This document shows, piece after piece, positions 25,301 through 36,560 of a stretch of DNA of 52,181 nucleotides (the stretch's first letter is position 1; each line of letters opens with the position of its first letter). The stretch lies in assembly GCA_050230475.1 (NCBI GenBank), contig JBFLGF010000184.1, positions 1-52,181 on the forward strand. The letters run 5' to 3'. Below the pieces are notes generated by a model. That model was not told the DNA's origin. It worked only from the letters and a program-made list of their open reading frames with translations, and did no database searches. The stretch comes from Ancylonema sp. (lineage: Eukaryota). The position numbers and the translations under genes were made by a program.

Positions 25301-26776
25301 GAGTGCGGATTAGAGTTTTGCGACCTGTCGATGTTTCCTGCAGCGTGCAGACCTACTTCCCAGATTTGTTGAAGACAAGAATTTTGCCCCCGGCCTTACC
25401 ACTGGAGGTATACGACCATCTCTTGCTTTTTGCCCACTAAACAGATTTACTCTCATGCCTGGGATGTAAAGACATTTTTGGAGAGTCACTCCGCCACATT
25501 CTCCATTTGTATTGAGCTCGACTGTCCCCCAGTGCTTGACACGAACACTGCCGACAAAGTGTTGCATAATAACCTCATGTGGAATGTCCTCGAGAGTTTT
25601 GAAATAGCTTTTCCGTCCACTTGAATGATGACTAGAGCCATCGTCAAAGAGAAAGCCTTTTTTTGCACCATCAAATCTGCTACATTCCCCTCGCAGATCT
25701 CTGCAACGTCAGCTTCACCATGTCCGCAACGGTCATCTTCTTCGATCTCAGCTTCACCGACATAACCAGATCTCCCTGTGCGCACTCCCTTTCTCTGCAT
25801 GCGTGGAGCTTCATCCTTTTTGTCGACGCAGGTAAACTCAACATGATCGATCGCTCCACACTACTTGCACTCAGCATCTTTCTTCGTGCAGTCTCGACTG
25901 TAGTGACCTGTTTCTCCACATGTGTAGCATGAATGACCTCCACTATATCCACTGTTGCCACCTCGTCCTCCTTGACCACCTCTGCTTCCACGTTTGCTTC
26001 CAAAATTTCCTCTGCTTGCACCCCTGCCTCTTCGATTATCGATGCCACCACCTCTGCCTCGACTATATAAATTTTGTCGAGACGTCCGCTTAGCATAGTT
26101 GGCTTCAGCAATTAGCGCTTTTGCAACTTTAACCTCTTGCTCTTTCTTGTCATCCAGTTCATCGACACCCATCTGTGCCCAGATCCACTCGATTCCTGGT
26201 GCCTTCTTTTGTCCATAGTAGAGCGGCTTCAGAAGTCCATACTTTGTTCTTGCCAACCTGGTTTTCCTTGCTGACCGTGTAATTTTGATGTGTGCACTCT
26301 CGCAGAATCGTCAGGAACTCGAGTTTTATATCTCGAACTGACAGCTTCTCATTCACTCTAAAATAATTCAGCTTCTCCTTGGCGGGCTGTCGAAGTTCTG
26401 GAGTTACTTTGTCATATTCCTCCTTTTGGTAATTCCACATTGATTTGGGGTCTCTTTCGAACTGCTCTAGCACTGTTGCAATGTCTTCATTGACAAGCGA
26501 CATGATCAACATCACAACTTTCTTTGTCCTTTTCCGGAAATTCTTCAGATCTGCAGAGTACTGGTCCATTTCGGCTTCGTTTAATGGCCAATCCTCATCA
26601 TCATATCTGGCAAACACTTCTTCTAGTGCCACCTGTGTGCCCTTGCAGATCTCAAGACAGTGAGCATCATCAAGGATCGCTGAGGCCTTGGATCGCCATG
26701 CTTGAAAAGGGAATTTTTCTCCGTCCAGGATGCAATATCTTGCTTTGATACCACTATGAGAACTTTCTTCTGCCAT
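22330..26776 (-). pseudogene. Disrupted copia gag-pol polyprotein
   Basis: Gag with RGG tract and CCHC knuckle (CYTCGETGHYSRDC). Protease FDDGSSHH (~25650). Integrase VDLVGP..IVDEFSR. RT SKWVFRVK..YKGRVVAKGFSQ, QMDVTT, LYGLKQAPRGW, LYVDD. RNase H YSDAS, SSCESEY, KRSKHIEIKWH. The polyprotein is split over several frames. Confidence 0.93.
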
Positions 26777-27165
26777 CTTTGCAAGAATACAGTTCAACTC
26801 TTAATCAACTCATGAATCAATCGATCACGACATTACAAGCATTAACACAACAAAAGTGCAAGTTTGAGATAGAAAGTCTGATTACAGGATCTTGCATGCA
26901 AGTCCACTCTTAGTACAGTTGAGTGTGATCGACAGAACGTCTAAGTCAACATATCGAAACTATCTGAGTCAACACCAATCACAACTAAGCATTACGCCAC
27001 ATCGACTAAAACTCATCGACACTTGTGCTAACTGGCCAGAACTTGTCGACACAATCATTACTTACAAGTTCGGCCGGCATTTGCTGAATAACGACAAAAA
27101 CTCAAACTACATCGAACGGACAAATCGATATAACAACAAAAGTTCACAGCCCCTAAAAACTAACA
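26757..27165 (-). repeat. 5' LTR of the copia element
   Basis: Starts TGTTAG and ends ...TCTCA, 3 nt before a tRNA-iMet-type PBS. Confidence 0.9.
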
Positions 27166-28055
27166 CTCCCCCCCCCATGTAAAACGTCTTGCATATGTGT
27201 GTGTACCTCATGATCTAGAAGCGGACATACGTGCGCCCGGTTATGGTGTCCTTCGAGCGAGTAGACGACTCCTATACTCACGCTACGAGATCGTCACAAA
27301 TTAGTGGTCATTGAAAAACCATCAAAGGTTTGTGATTGAATGATGTTGCAACGGTAGTTCTCACGTCCATGTATGTAAGAAATGTAATATTGAAGGTTAC
27401 GGGTTGTTGTAGCTTGAAATTGGGTTGGAACAGTTGTTGCACGTCCGTGGATATTATAAATAGTTACCCGGACTGGATTCGATTGTATTGCGCACCGGGT
27501 CAAGAACCGGGACGGCCTTGTTGGGATTTGAAGTATAGGATAAGCATACCTTGGTTGGTCTAGTCCGGACTCAGTATAAATGCAGTTTGGCATATTAGGC
27601 ATCAAATCCTATTGTCTAGTTTAAGGAGCCGGGTACACTACACCCAGGCATCCAATTGCCATTGTGTAGGCACACCCGGCGATGTGCCACAATTGTTGTC
27701 GTTGCAAGTTAGATGCATGATTGTCAGAGTGCATCTAGGGCGGTGTCACGTCGTGATAGGCTAGATCATGATGTGACGATTTAGTACGGCAATAATGCCG
27801 ATGAATTTAATGTGTAGCGATCATTTGATTGGGCGGCGGTCAATAGTTCCGACCGCCGACCGTTGGACTTGAGATTCGCAATGTACGATTGTCGGGGAAT
27901 ACCAACCCGACGATGCCACTTTTATGATTAACTGTTCCAAGAGACAAAATTGCCATACGATTGATCCACCGCGAGACGTATCATTTGTCGCGGATAGTAC
28001 CATCTCATCATCACTAAAACTTTAGAGGTTATGGGCCCACTGGCTGTCTAGGAGG

Positions 28056-28700
28056 TAGGGTTGGGTTTTAAAGCCTTTAAAACACCCCCAGTCCATTCAT
28101 AACCTTAAAAACCTAAAATATAACAAATATTAACTTGTTAATAATCCACCAAAGAGGTGTTTTTGGCGCCAGATCAGACCACTGAACCCATTGGCGAAAT
28201 CTGTCAATTATGAAGAAAAAAAAATGGTCCACACAAAATCATGTATGTTGATCTGCAAACCGTTCATTGATGCATGTGAACTATTGCTACTTGTCATTGT
28301 GTATCATCTCTTCATACATCTTTGTTATTATCATGCACATACATGTCTAAGGAAACAATGACTCAGTTGGTAGCCATAACCACTATGTCTTGAGGCAATT
28401 CCACCCCGGAAATGATTAGACAAATGCCCCAGAGTGATGAGAGCCAATTCTGGTCTGTACACAACGCCCAAAAACCAACTTTGTTGTTCTTCTCCAACTT
28501 CGTGAAGTGTTCCCACATAGGCCCCAATGGCCGTCCCCCTCTTCGTGCGGCAAGAGCTTGACGAAGCATCTGAAAAGCATCAACGGGCTCGGCACCTGAC
28601 ATTTGATGATCTCAGGACCCACTAGGAACTCATTGACTGGCAGATGTGCGTATAGACAGCCGCTAAAAAATTGCTATCGTTTTTAAGGTTGAGCAACCCT
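28056..28700 (-). mobile_element. Internally deleted hAT-like element carrying a BED-finger transposase fragment (28602-28363)
   Basis: TAGGGTTG at 28056 and CAACCCT near 28700. Inverted AACCTTAAAAAC subterminal motifs. The peptide GRPLGPMWEHFTKL...WALC resembles the start of a BED finger. No TSD seen. Confidence 0.5.
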
Positions 28701-30399
28701 TGTCGGCATCAGCAAACATAGCACCATGCATACACCAAAGAAACTTCACCAATAAAAAATGAATTTCAAACATTGACCAAAACTTTGACATTGACAACAT
28801 GGGTTAACAAGTCCCCAAATCCATTTCAAGGATGGCAATTGAAACAAGTTTACAACACTCAGGCATAAGCACATGTTTGTAGGTCCACAAGGTGAAGATG
28901 TTGCTCTTTAACTTGTCAGAGCCTCATGTATCCTGATAGCATCTCCCATTCAGAGTATATGACACTTTGTTGCTGCCTAGAACCACTATGGCGAAGAGGT
29001 TCACAAAGAGCGTTCAACGCAGAACATCCGCTATTGCTCAGAATATTCCAAACAGCCACAAGCAACTGGCATGAAAAATGTGTTCGGCACAGCGGATTCG
29101 ATTGGCGTGTCTCTGTGCTTCCAGCTGAGAGGTGCACAACCAGGAGGAGACAGGGGGGGGGGGGGACGCCAGAATATATTTTCACTTTATTACAAGTGCA
29201 CATATCCCAAATCCCCCACCGTCCCAGACCATTCACGCAACTAGCCCCCTGTGGACTGCCGAAATGGCGAGTCTTTTCAGTGAGTGGAGGTGAACAAGCT
29301 AATGCTCATGATCTGTAACGCTGTGCCAATCTGAATTTTAGAATGAACAGCAATACCAAACTAAATAAAATTATAAGCCGGACGCGAGGGGAGAAGGTGA
29401 GTCCCAGTTGCAACTTAGACTACGTTTGTCGCCCCTGACCCCAAATCCTGCCTTTTCATTTAAACAGGTCATTCTGAGACTGAGCGAACAAGCCCCACCC
29501 CCTGCAACTACCTTGTGACATATACTCCATTTGTTTACCACCCTCTTCTTGCCATTTCTCGCAGGTATTCGACCCTCCAACCCTACTAGCCTACTCTGAA
29601 AAGTGCTGCGTCAATACTGGTCTGCACCTAGTTAGAAATGTAAAAAAAACTGCAGGGCAGTCAAACATGCTAATCTGGAGGTACAGGAGAAGAGTGGTAC
29701 TTGTAGAGGTCCTCACTCTCCAGCAAGCTCTTGCTGCCTGAACCCACAAACGGGGGGATCAGACCTCATATCAAGATACAAGAATGAATACAGACTGCAG
29801 CTGCATGCATTGCCTACGGGTGCAGAACATCCGTATGCCGTTTGCACACTGACCGCATCGAAGTTTGCCCGCACAACATTGGCCACTAAAGACAGGTAAG
29901 AAGTGCGGCTTCCGATAGCAATACTCACCTGATTGGACGCCGTTATACACCTCCGATTAAAATGAATCGCTCTCGACCTCAGGCACCATCCTAGTCCACA
30001 GCGCTCCATTCTGACGTGTTGAAGGAACAGAGGTCACCAGCCAACAGACCTACCACTCAACCATGCCTGAAAAGACATGTTACCCAATCAAACATTTGGA
30101 AGGGCAGCGTCCACAAACGAAGTTGCAATAAGTGGCAGCGCAATACACTCCGCTCATACGCTCAAATCCATTGACAGTCACAAAAAAAATTAAGGTGGTA
30201 GATATATTCTTTGCCCTACTGTGATGACTAATGTGCACCTCTATATCGAATCATGGATCGCAATTGTTGCATTTGCATTTTGTTATTTTTTTTTGAAAGT
30301 AATGGCAGTTGTATGAGGTGGATTCGATACTCACTGCCATAGAATGAGATACGACGCAATGACGGGGTATCCTACACTGCAAGTTCCAAACAGCCGTGG

Positions 30400-32300
30400 C
30401 TTGAATTGACCACAATCCCTTTCGACTACGCAATTATCACATAAGCAGGGCCCGGACGTCCCACTTTGGTTATGGGACACTGCTATATTACACCATAAAT
30501 CACCATCGAATATATGAACATACCGGACTCTATGCGACACTCAATACGAGGCATTTACACGGCGCATGCTGGCCCACACACTGACCTTTTCAAATTCTCA
30601 ACGTCTCTCCAGGATTACGAGGGCATTCTTTTTTTACAAGTTCTATTCACCGATGGTCAATAGAACGAGGAGCAGATAAGCTGGACAATATAATGCGCTG
30701 AGAAGACTGAATGAAGATGTAAGGAGCCGACAAATGCTGTGAACGATTTGTAATAGTCGTGGCTGTATATCGTCCTCCATTACCATGCACGTAGGTTGCC
30801 TTTAGTGTCCATTGCAGAGTTAATGGGCCGTTAGCGCATGGTCGGATTGGTCCTGCGTTGAACACCTGAAACATTTGACTTTCCTCTCTTCATATCTCTA
30901 CTTGCTGACGACTTTCGACGCACCGATTCCTACATGCGGTCCCTCGATGGCACAAGCATTCGTTTTCCACTGCAGCTCGATCTCAAGAAGGGCTTGTATT
31001 ATTGTCAGCATGGTAAAAGTCCCTTTCGTCAGATGCATATACTGATGTTTATTTGGATGAAAAACGCGAGATCATAAAAGGGCGATACAAATGTGATGGC
31101 AGTTGTACCATTTCGCAGAGTCAGAAAATGCTCTGGAGGCTCAAGGCTTGATGCTCAGGATTTACATCATGTACATGAGCCAGAAAGCTCAGTACGGAAG
31201 GAGGGAGGTCAAAGAAGGATAATAGAGAGGAGACGGAACCGTTTGTTTTCATTTCGAAGGTCCGTGTCTGCGAGTCCCCGTGTCGAACGTGGGACACGGC
31301 TGAAAAGTCCGCGGGGTGAAGGTAACCACCCAATCCACACGCGAAGTTGGACTTCGGGGACAGGACCACTGCGGTGACATGGCAAGTAGCACCTATACAT
31401 CCCACCACGTGAAGCTTCCTCACCTTAACTCTATGGCAGCCATGGCGTCGTGTAACGTCTCCTGCAGCCACGGTCTGCGACCGTCTTTAGCAGGTCTGCA
31501 TGCTTTCCTGGCTGCGCAGTCCCGAAACCGTTACGTCTATAGGTTGTGCTGAAAGATAAGAATGTGTTCATGCCAACGCTGTCCAGTGACCGATCAGAGG
31601 CAACTCTGAAGTGGTCGGAATTTCGTATTACTGTTTTTGTATCCTTCCCGTTCCACGATTCATCGACCACTAGCCACGAACATTGATTTTCAAATGTGTT
31701 TCGATGAAATACATGAAATTCATCGATTACATAGTTTGCCTGCTTGGAGATGCAGGAATGCACATAGTTCCTGGAATCTGGGCAGAAACGGACATGTGAC
31801 TGGGTGTTGAGCTCATCAGGGGAATCCCCTTATGGTCAGACATCTGCAAGACCCGAGCAAATTCGTGACAATATATGACGTTGCATTCCCGAATTCGCAG
31901 CATGCCCCCGGGGGCAGATAGCCTTGCGCTCAGGATCCCCAGCAAGCGCTCGGGGACCGAGCATCCGTGTTGTACCTCGCCCCGGCTTGTCCCGGGTGAA
32001 CAGACGCGGACAGAGTGGCGTGCGAGTGACAGCTCAGGTAAGGAAGGCCTATCTGTCTACTGCACGGCACGGCCTGAAATGGAATTTGGAAATGCTCGAC
32101 TCTTTTGAGAACTACTCGGAGATTCGTCCGCTTTGATAGGCTGGAAATCTCCATGTTCGTTGCCAGGTATCAAAATCGCAGACCTTCAAAGGCCAGGTCA
32201 TTCCTGAGCCTGACTTTCGCATTGCAGGCGTGCTGCTGGGTAAGCCGATTGCCCCTTCATTCATTCGCCCTTCCAACAAATTAAAGACATTGCACTCGAA
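30400..32300 (-). pseudogene. Decayed protein-kinase-like gene remnant, possibly with an upstream REase-like domain
   Basis: One minus-strand frame with several stops gives, in order, HVGIGASKVV (Gly-loop-like, ~30930), KVKCF, HIFDGDLWCNIAV (catalytic-loop-like, ~30500) and PCLCD. Confidence 0.35.
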
Positions 32301-33764
32301 CCAGAGAACGGTCGCACCTCCAGATAAGCACATTCTTAGGAGTAGAGTACCGAGTGGAAGTGCCTTCAAGAGCGCGAGAATCACTTAAATATTGCTTGTT
32401 ATAATTCTGCACGCTCGAAGCGGTAACCTGAAATGATTCTGATTTTTGAAGGAGCAGGGAGACCATCTCTTGATGTCAATCTTATCTAGTTCGCTGAGTG
32501 TAGGATGTTCAGGATCGAAAAACAGGAAGGACAATGCAAGCAACATAAGGTGATGAATTTCGAAATGATTCATCTCTTTTATGTTGTTCAGGCACGGCCG
32601 GGCTTCTGGTGCTGGCGGATCAAAAGCTTTTGGCAGCTCCCATAGGATTGCTAGGAGGACTGCTGCTGCTCCAGGTGAGCTGAAAGTCGAAGTAATGCTA
32701 CTTTCACATGCCAGAAAACCACAGGGCCATCTGCCAGACGGCTCTACTCTATTTGGAGCCGGGAGAAGGCAATGATTAACTCGCCCGAGGATGACAGACT
32801 AAGTATGTCGTACCTCAGTGTGAAGAAATCGGGGGGGTAAGAGAGGGAGTACACGACTGACCTTTTTTTTTCACAGTGTCCTTGGTTCCAAACCTTCATT
32901 ACCTGTGACGTGGAGCTATGCTCAGTGCTAGTGCTTTATGACGTGTACAGAATGTCCGAGAAAGAAAGGGAAGGATCAGCAACCCTTAGGTACGATTATT
33001 TTCTTACTGTTACGTAAGAGGTGCCACCAATTAGTCTCTTGACTCTCTCAAGGTCTGGCCTTCGAATTTGCAGACTACACGAGTCCGCTTTCTGCTTGAC
33101 GAAGACTCATTGGTAAGACTTTCCCTTCCACTCCCCATCACTCGTTATGACAGGTCAGCAACCATTGATGACTTTTTGAGGGGTGAAACCTGCTCTACGA
33201 AACTTTCATGCATGAAAAACTACACTACTCTTGTAACACATACTGTTGCACGGATTCATTGCAGAACAGGGTGGAAACAGATAACAAAATTATCGAAGTG
33301 ATGATTGCTCTTTGAAAGATCAGGTGTTTTTATATATCCTGTCTGGTCCCATATGTTCCAAAAGTTTCTACTACACCTCTCTCCGGAAGGTAATGTGCGA
33401 TGAGATTGCAGAGTGGAAGCAAGTGGTGAGATAGGTTGGCCACAATTGGTACCAAACTCTCGCAGATGTTGGTTTAGTGTTCAGTCAGGGTGAGTCCTGT
33501 TCGCTTGTGGGATGCTGCAGGAAGTAGTGATCGGAGAAGAGGCGGCGAAGAGTGGGGAGAACGTGTTCGTGGGAGGGGAGAACAGATGGAAGTAAGAGTG
33601 TTATGGAAGTCTCAGAGGAGCCGTGGGATTTGAGTTGTAGGGATAAAAGGAATCTCTTTGTGTGTGTTTGCTTGTTTCGAGGAGCCCATCAATATAGTGT
33701 GTTGACTCCTCCCCAGTTATAAAGATCATTGTGTTTATTGAGTATACAACATAGTGAATTGCAA

Positions 33765-33835
33765 AAGTAGATAGTTTATAGGTAGAAAGGTAGATAGATA
33801 ATAGGTAGATAGGTAGATATGTAGATAGGTAGATG
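33765..33835 (+). repeat. Degenerate (TAGA/TAGG)n simple repeat
   Basis: gtagatagataataggtagataggtagatatgtagataggtagatg. Confidence 0.7.
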
Positions 33836-34409
33836 AGGCAGAAAATAAATCCGTTTATCTCATCCTTTTGCCTCCGGCCTCTAATCATTTACTCTCTTTG
33901 CTTTTGATACAGATACTCCACATTCACTAATTGGGAGTTTTGGTGGCCTGGTTTCCCGGTTCTTGTTTACTTTAAGGAGACACAAACAAAGCCTGAAGGC
34001 CAGGTTCACTTTTTCCCGGTCATTGCTGATGGGAAGAAGTTGTATGATACCATGGTAGAACGGTGTGGGAGCACACAAAACAGTGGGCCTCCCTCCTAGT
34101 ACTTGGCATATGCTTACGACGCATTTCGTGTCAAAAAATAGAACTTGTCAATGATATCATTTCCGGGCTGTTTGTGTCGATGAATCACAGACAATCAAAG
34201 CAACTCTAGTCAAGTGCAGACTTGCAAGCTAGTGTGATGTGCAACTTGTGGCAATCATGTATGCAACGTCTCGTGTTGGTCATGTATATGCAACTCATGT
34301 CTCAACAATCACTTTATCCCAAAAAAAAGTCATTGTTGACGGTGTTGGTCGTGGTTGTTATAAACGAAGGCTTTTTCCATGTCTCCACCAATGCACCTGC
34401 TTGGAGGTA

Positions 34410-34972
34410 CAGTGCAGTCTTGATATAGTGACACACTGTACAGTGACAATCGCGATATAGTGACATTTGTTTTTGCCCTTTTTCTAATCCTATGTAAAAA
34501 CCTACTCTATGTAGTGACAATCGCTATAGTGACACACGTTATAGTGACCAAAAATTCCCAGCTTTTTGTATTGCGATGTCACTACACGGTGACACCTGTC
34601 TAAATTTATACTCTGAAAGTTAAGAACCTGTCTATTTTAATGCATAATAATCTGCCCGAATTGTTTTTAGCCAAAATATGACGCGTGAATTAATAACCAG
34701 TCTAATTTCATTTTTTTTAATGGTTCCAACATTAGTTATGCAGACACAGGTTTTACTATAGCGAGAGGATGTTAAAACAAAAGCCGTTTAGATGAGCCAC
34801 CTCCGTTAAACATATCGACCTGAATTTCTCTTTCTCTCGATATAGTGACAATTGCCTCTGGTCGCCCTATTAAATGTCACTATACAGTGTATAGTGACAA
34901 CATTAGCATTTTCGATATAGTGACATCATTTTCCCCTGTCTATAAATTTGTCACTATATCAAGACTGCACTG
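34410..34972. mobile_element. pogo/Tigger-like MITE
   Basis: Perfect TIR CAGTGCAGTCTTGATATAGTGACA / TGTCACTATATCAAGACTGCACTG with TA TSD. Many internal ATAGTGACA motifs. Confidence 0.92.
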
Positions 34973-36076
34973 TAGCATACTTTTGTGCAGAATGCAAATA
35001 AAATTGCAACGTCAACATTTGAGATAAAAAATAAGCAAAACTTTATGTGATGCAAGGTCCATCATGTAGAACACAATGTGTGCGATGGCCTAGCTTATGC
35101 ATATTGTACTTCTCGACCACTCATGTACCTGACACGTTTTTAAACTGATCGAGGCGTATTCACATGCGCCACACGAGATGCAACGGAATAACCTCATATT
35201 ACAACCACTTAAAGTTAGCTACAATAGAGTCGCATCCATCATACAAGCATTGTCAAGATACATACACATAGTTTTTAATCATCAAATACCATCAAATATA
35301 AGTGTTGAACAAGAATTCGACTTTATTAGCGCTTTAATCTACAAGGCCCATTTAAGTTGCAGACAGGGAAGAAAGACAAATATTCTCTATAAATTCACGA
35401 GGCCAATGAAGTTGTCTATGTCTTGTTTAATAACGGCCATATTCCTGCAAGCTTTCAACATCCGTTCATGATATGGTTGTTTGTGGTGGATGAATGTTCG
35501 AGCACCATTGCGATTCTTTCTATTTTGCTCATTCGTACATCTTATATTTCTATGTTTCCTTCACCCATCCTTTTCGGAAGCCATGTGAAGGATCGCTCGA
35601 CTTGTGTTGAGTTGTTACCGATACTCGATGTGAACAAGATCCAGTCGTTTAAGTGTTTGAACATGACCGACTCTATTTTCAAACTTATTTCTCAAAGTAG
35701 ACCACTCGACTCGTGTGACTTTTTTTCTAAGGGGTCTTCGAAAACCCAATCGAAAGCAAGGTGGCCCCCGATTATAGAAAGCAAAAGAAGATGGCACCAC
35801 TACATAACGGTGCGACTACACAATTGTCATCGCCATCACTATTGCCATCGCCTTTGATTAGGGTTATACCTTGCCTCAACCACCTCCACATGCAAGGCCA
35901 CCAAACCCGTTGACTTGCCCTCATCTTAACCATTTCTCTTCCGCACAAGCAACATTCGATGATGTAGATACATTTCGGTCACTTCCAATAATTTTCCTTA
36001 TCGGTCTTATACTCAACACCAAGTGCACTTGGGAGGGTCTGATGAAAAAATGGAGCACCGCTAAAGAGACACCGTA

Positions 36077-36560
36077 CCGGCCAACTTTAATACCCCACCC
36101 CTTTACCCAAACAATATGTGTATTCACGCCCCACCCCTTTCACAACCAAAAACAATTAGTTATTGTTACCCCACCCCCTTACCCCAACCCAGTTTTTTAG
36201 TAATTAGTTACATTATCCCATCGACATAATACCCTAACCCGGCAATGGGTTTTTATTTATTCTGGACCGTAAATGGACACAATAATAGCCCCTAAATCCA
36301 GTAAAGCCTATAATTGTCAACAACCGCGCATTGAAATGCGCTCAGAATCGTGACGCCGGCGAAAATTCTGGTTTGTTAGAGCTTGCCGCCGCTATTACCC
36401 CGGCTGGAATAATTTTAGGATAATACCCCACAAGGCCCCAAAAACGAAAAAAATAAATTATCGAACCTACTTATTACCCCAAAATCGAAAATCTTGAGTG
36501 ACTTTCCTTGCCCCGCCCTAGCCAAATATAATTAATCAGTGGGGTATTGAAGTTGACCGG
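36077..36560. mobile_element. Tc1/mariner/pogo-type MITE
   Basis: TIR CCGGCCAACTTTAATACCCCAC / GTGGGGTATTGAAGTTGACCGG (2 mismatches) with TA TSD. Internal TACCCC repeats. Confidence 0.88.

Larger units (their letters stand above)
21853..27165 (-). mobile_element. Ty1/copia LTR retrotransposon, full length but defective (frameshifts and stops)
   Basis: Outer termini TG...CA on the minus strand, with 5-bp TSD CTCCC (21848-21852, 27166-27170). 392-bp LTR core at 21861-22252 and 26773-27164, ~20 mismatches by hand count. PBS TGGTATCAAAGC (26753-26742) and PPT GGAGGGGG (~22268-22261). Domain order gag-PR-IN-RT-RH. Confidence 0.95.

Noticed and set aside
26757..27165. Heat-responsive (ONSEN-like) LTR, suggested by the nearby sHSP gene
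   Set aside because: No array of three or more nGAAn/nTTCn units was found in the LTR.
33895..33950. Resemblance to the U2 snRNA branch-pairing region (GTATCTGT on the minus strand)
   Set aside because: The match is too short and the flanking U2 sequence is absent.
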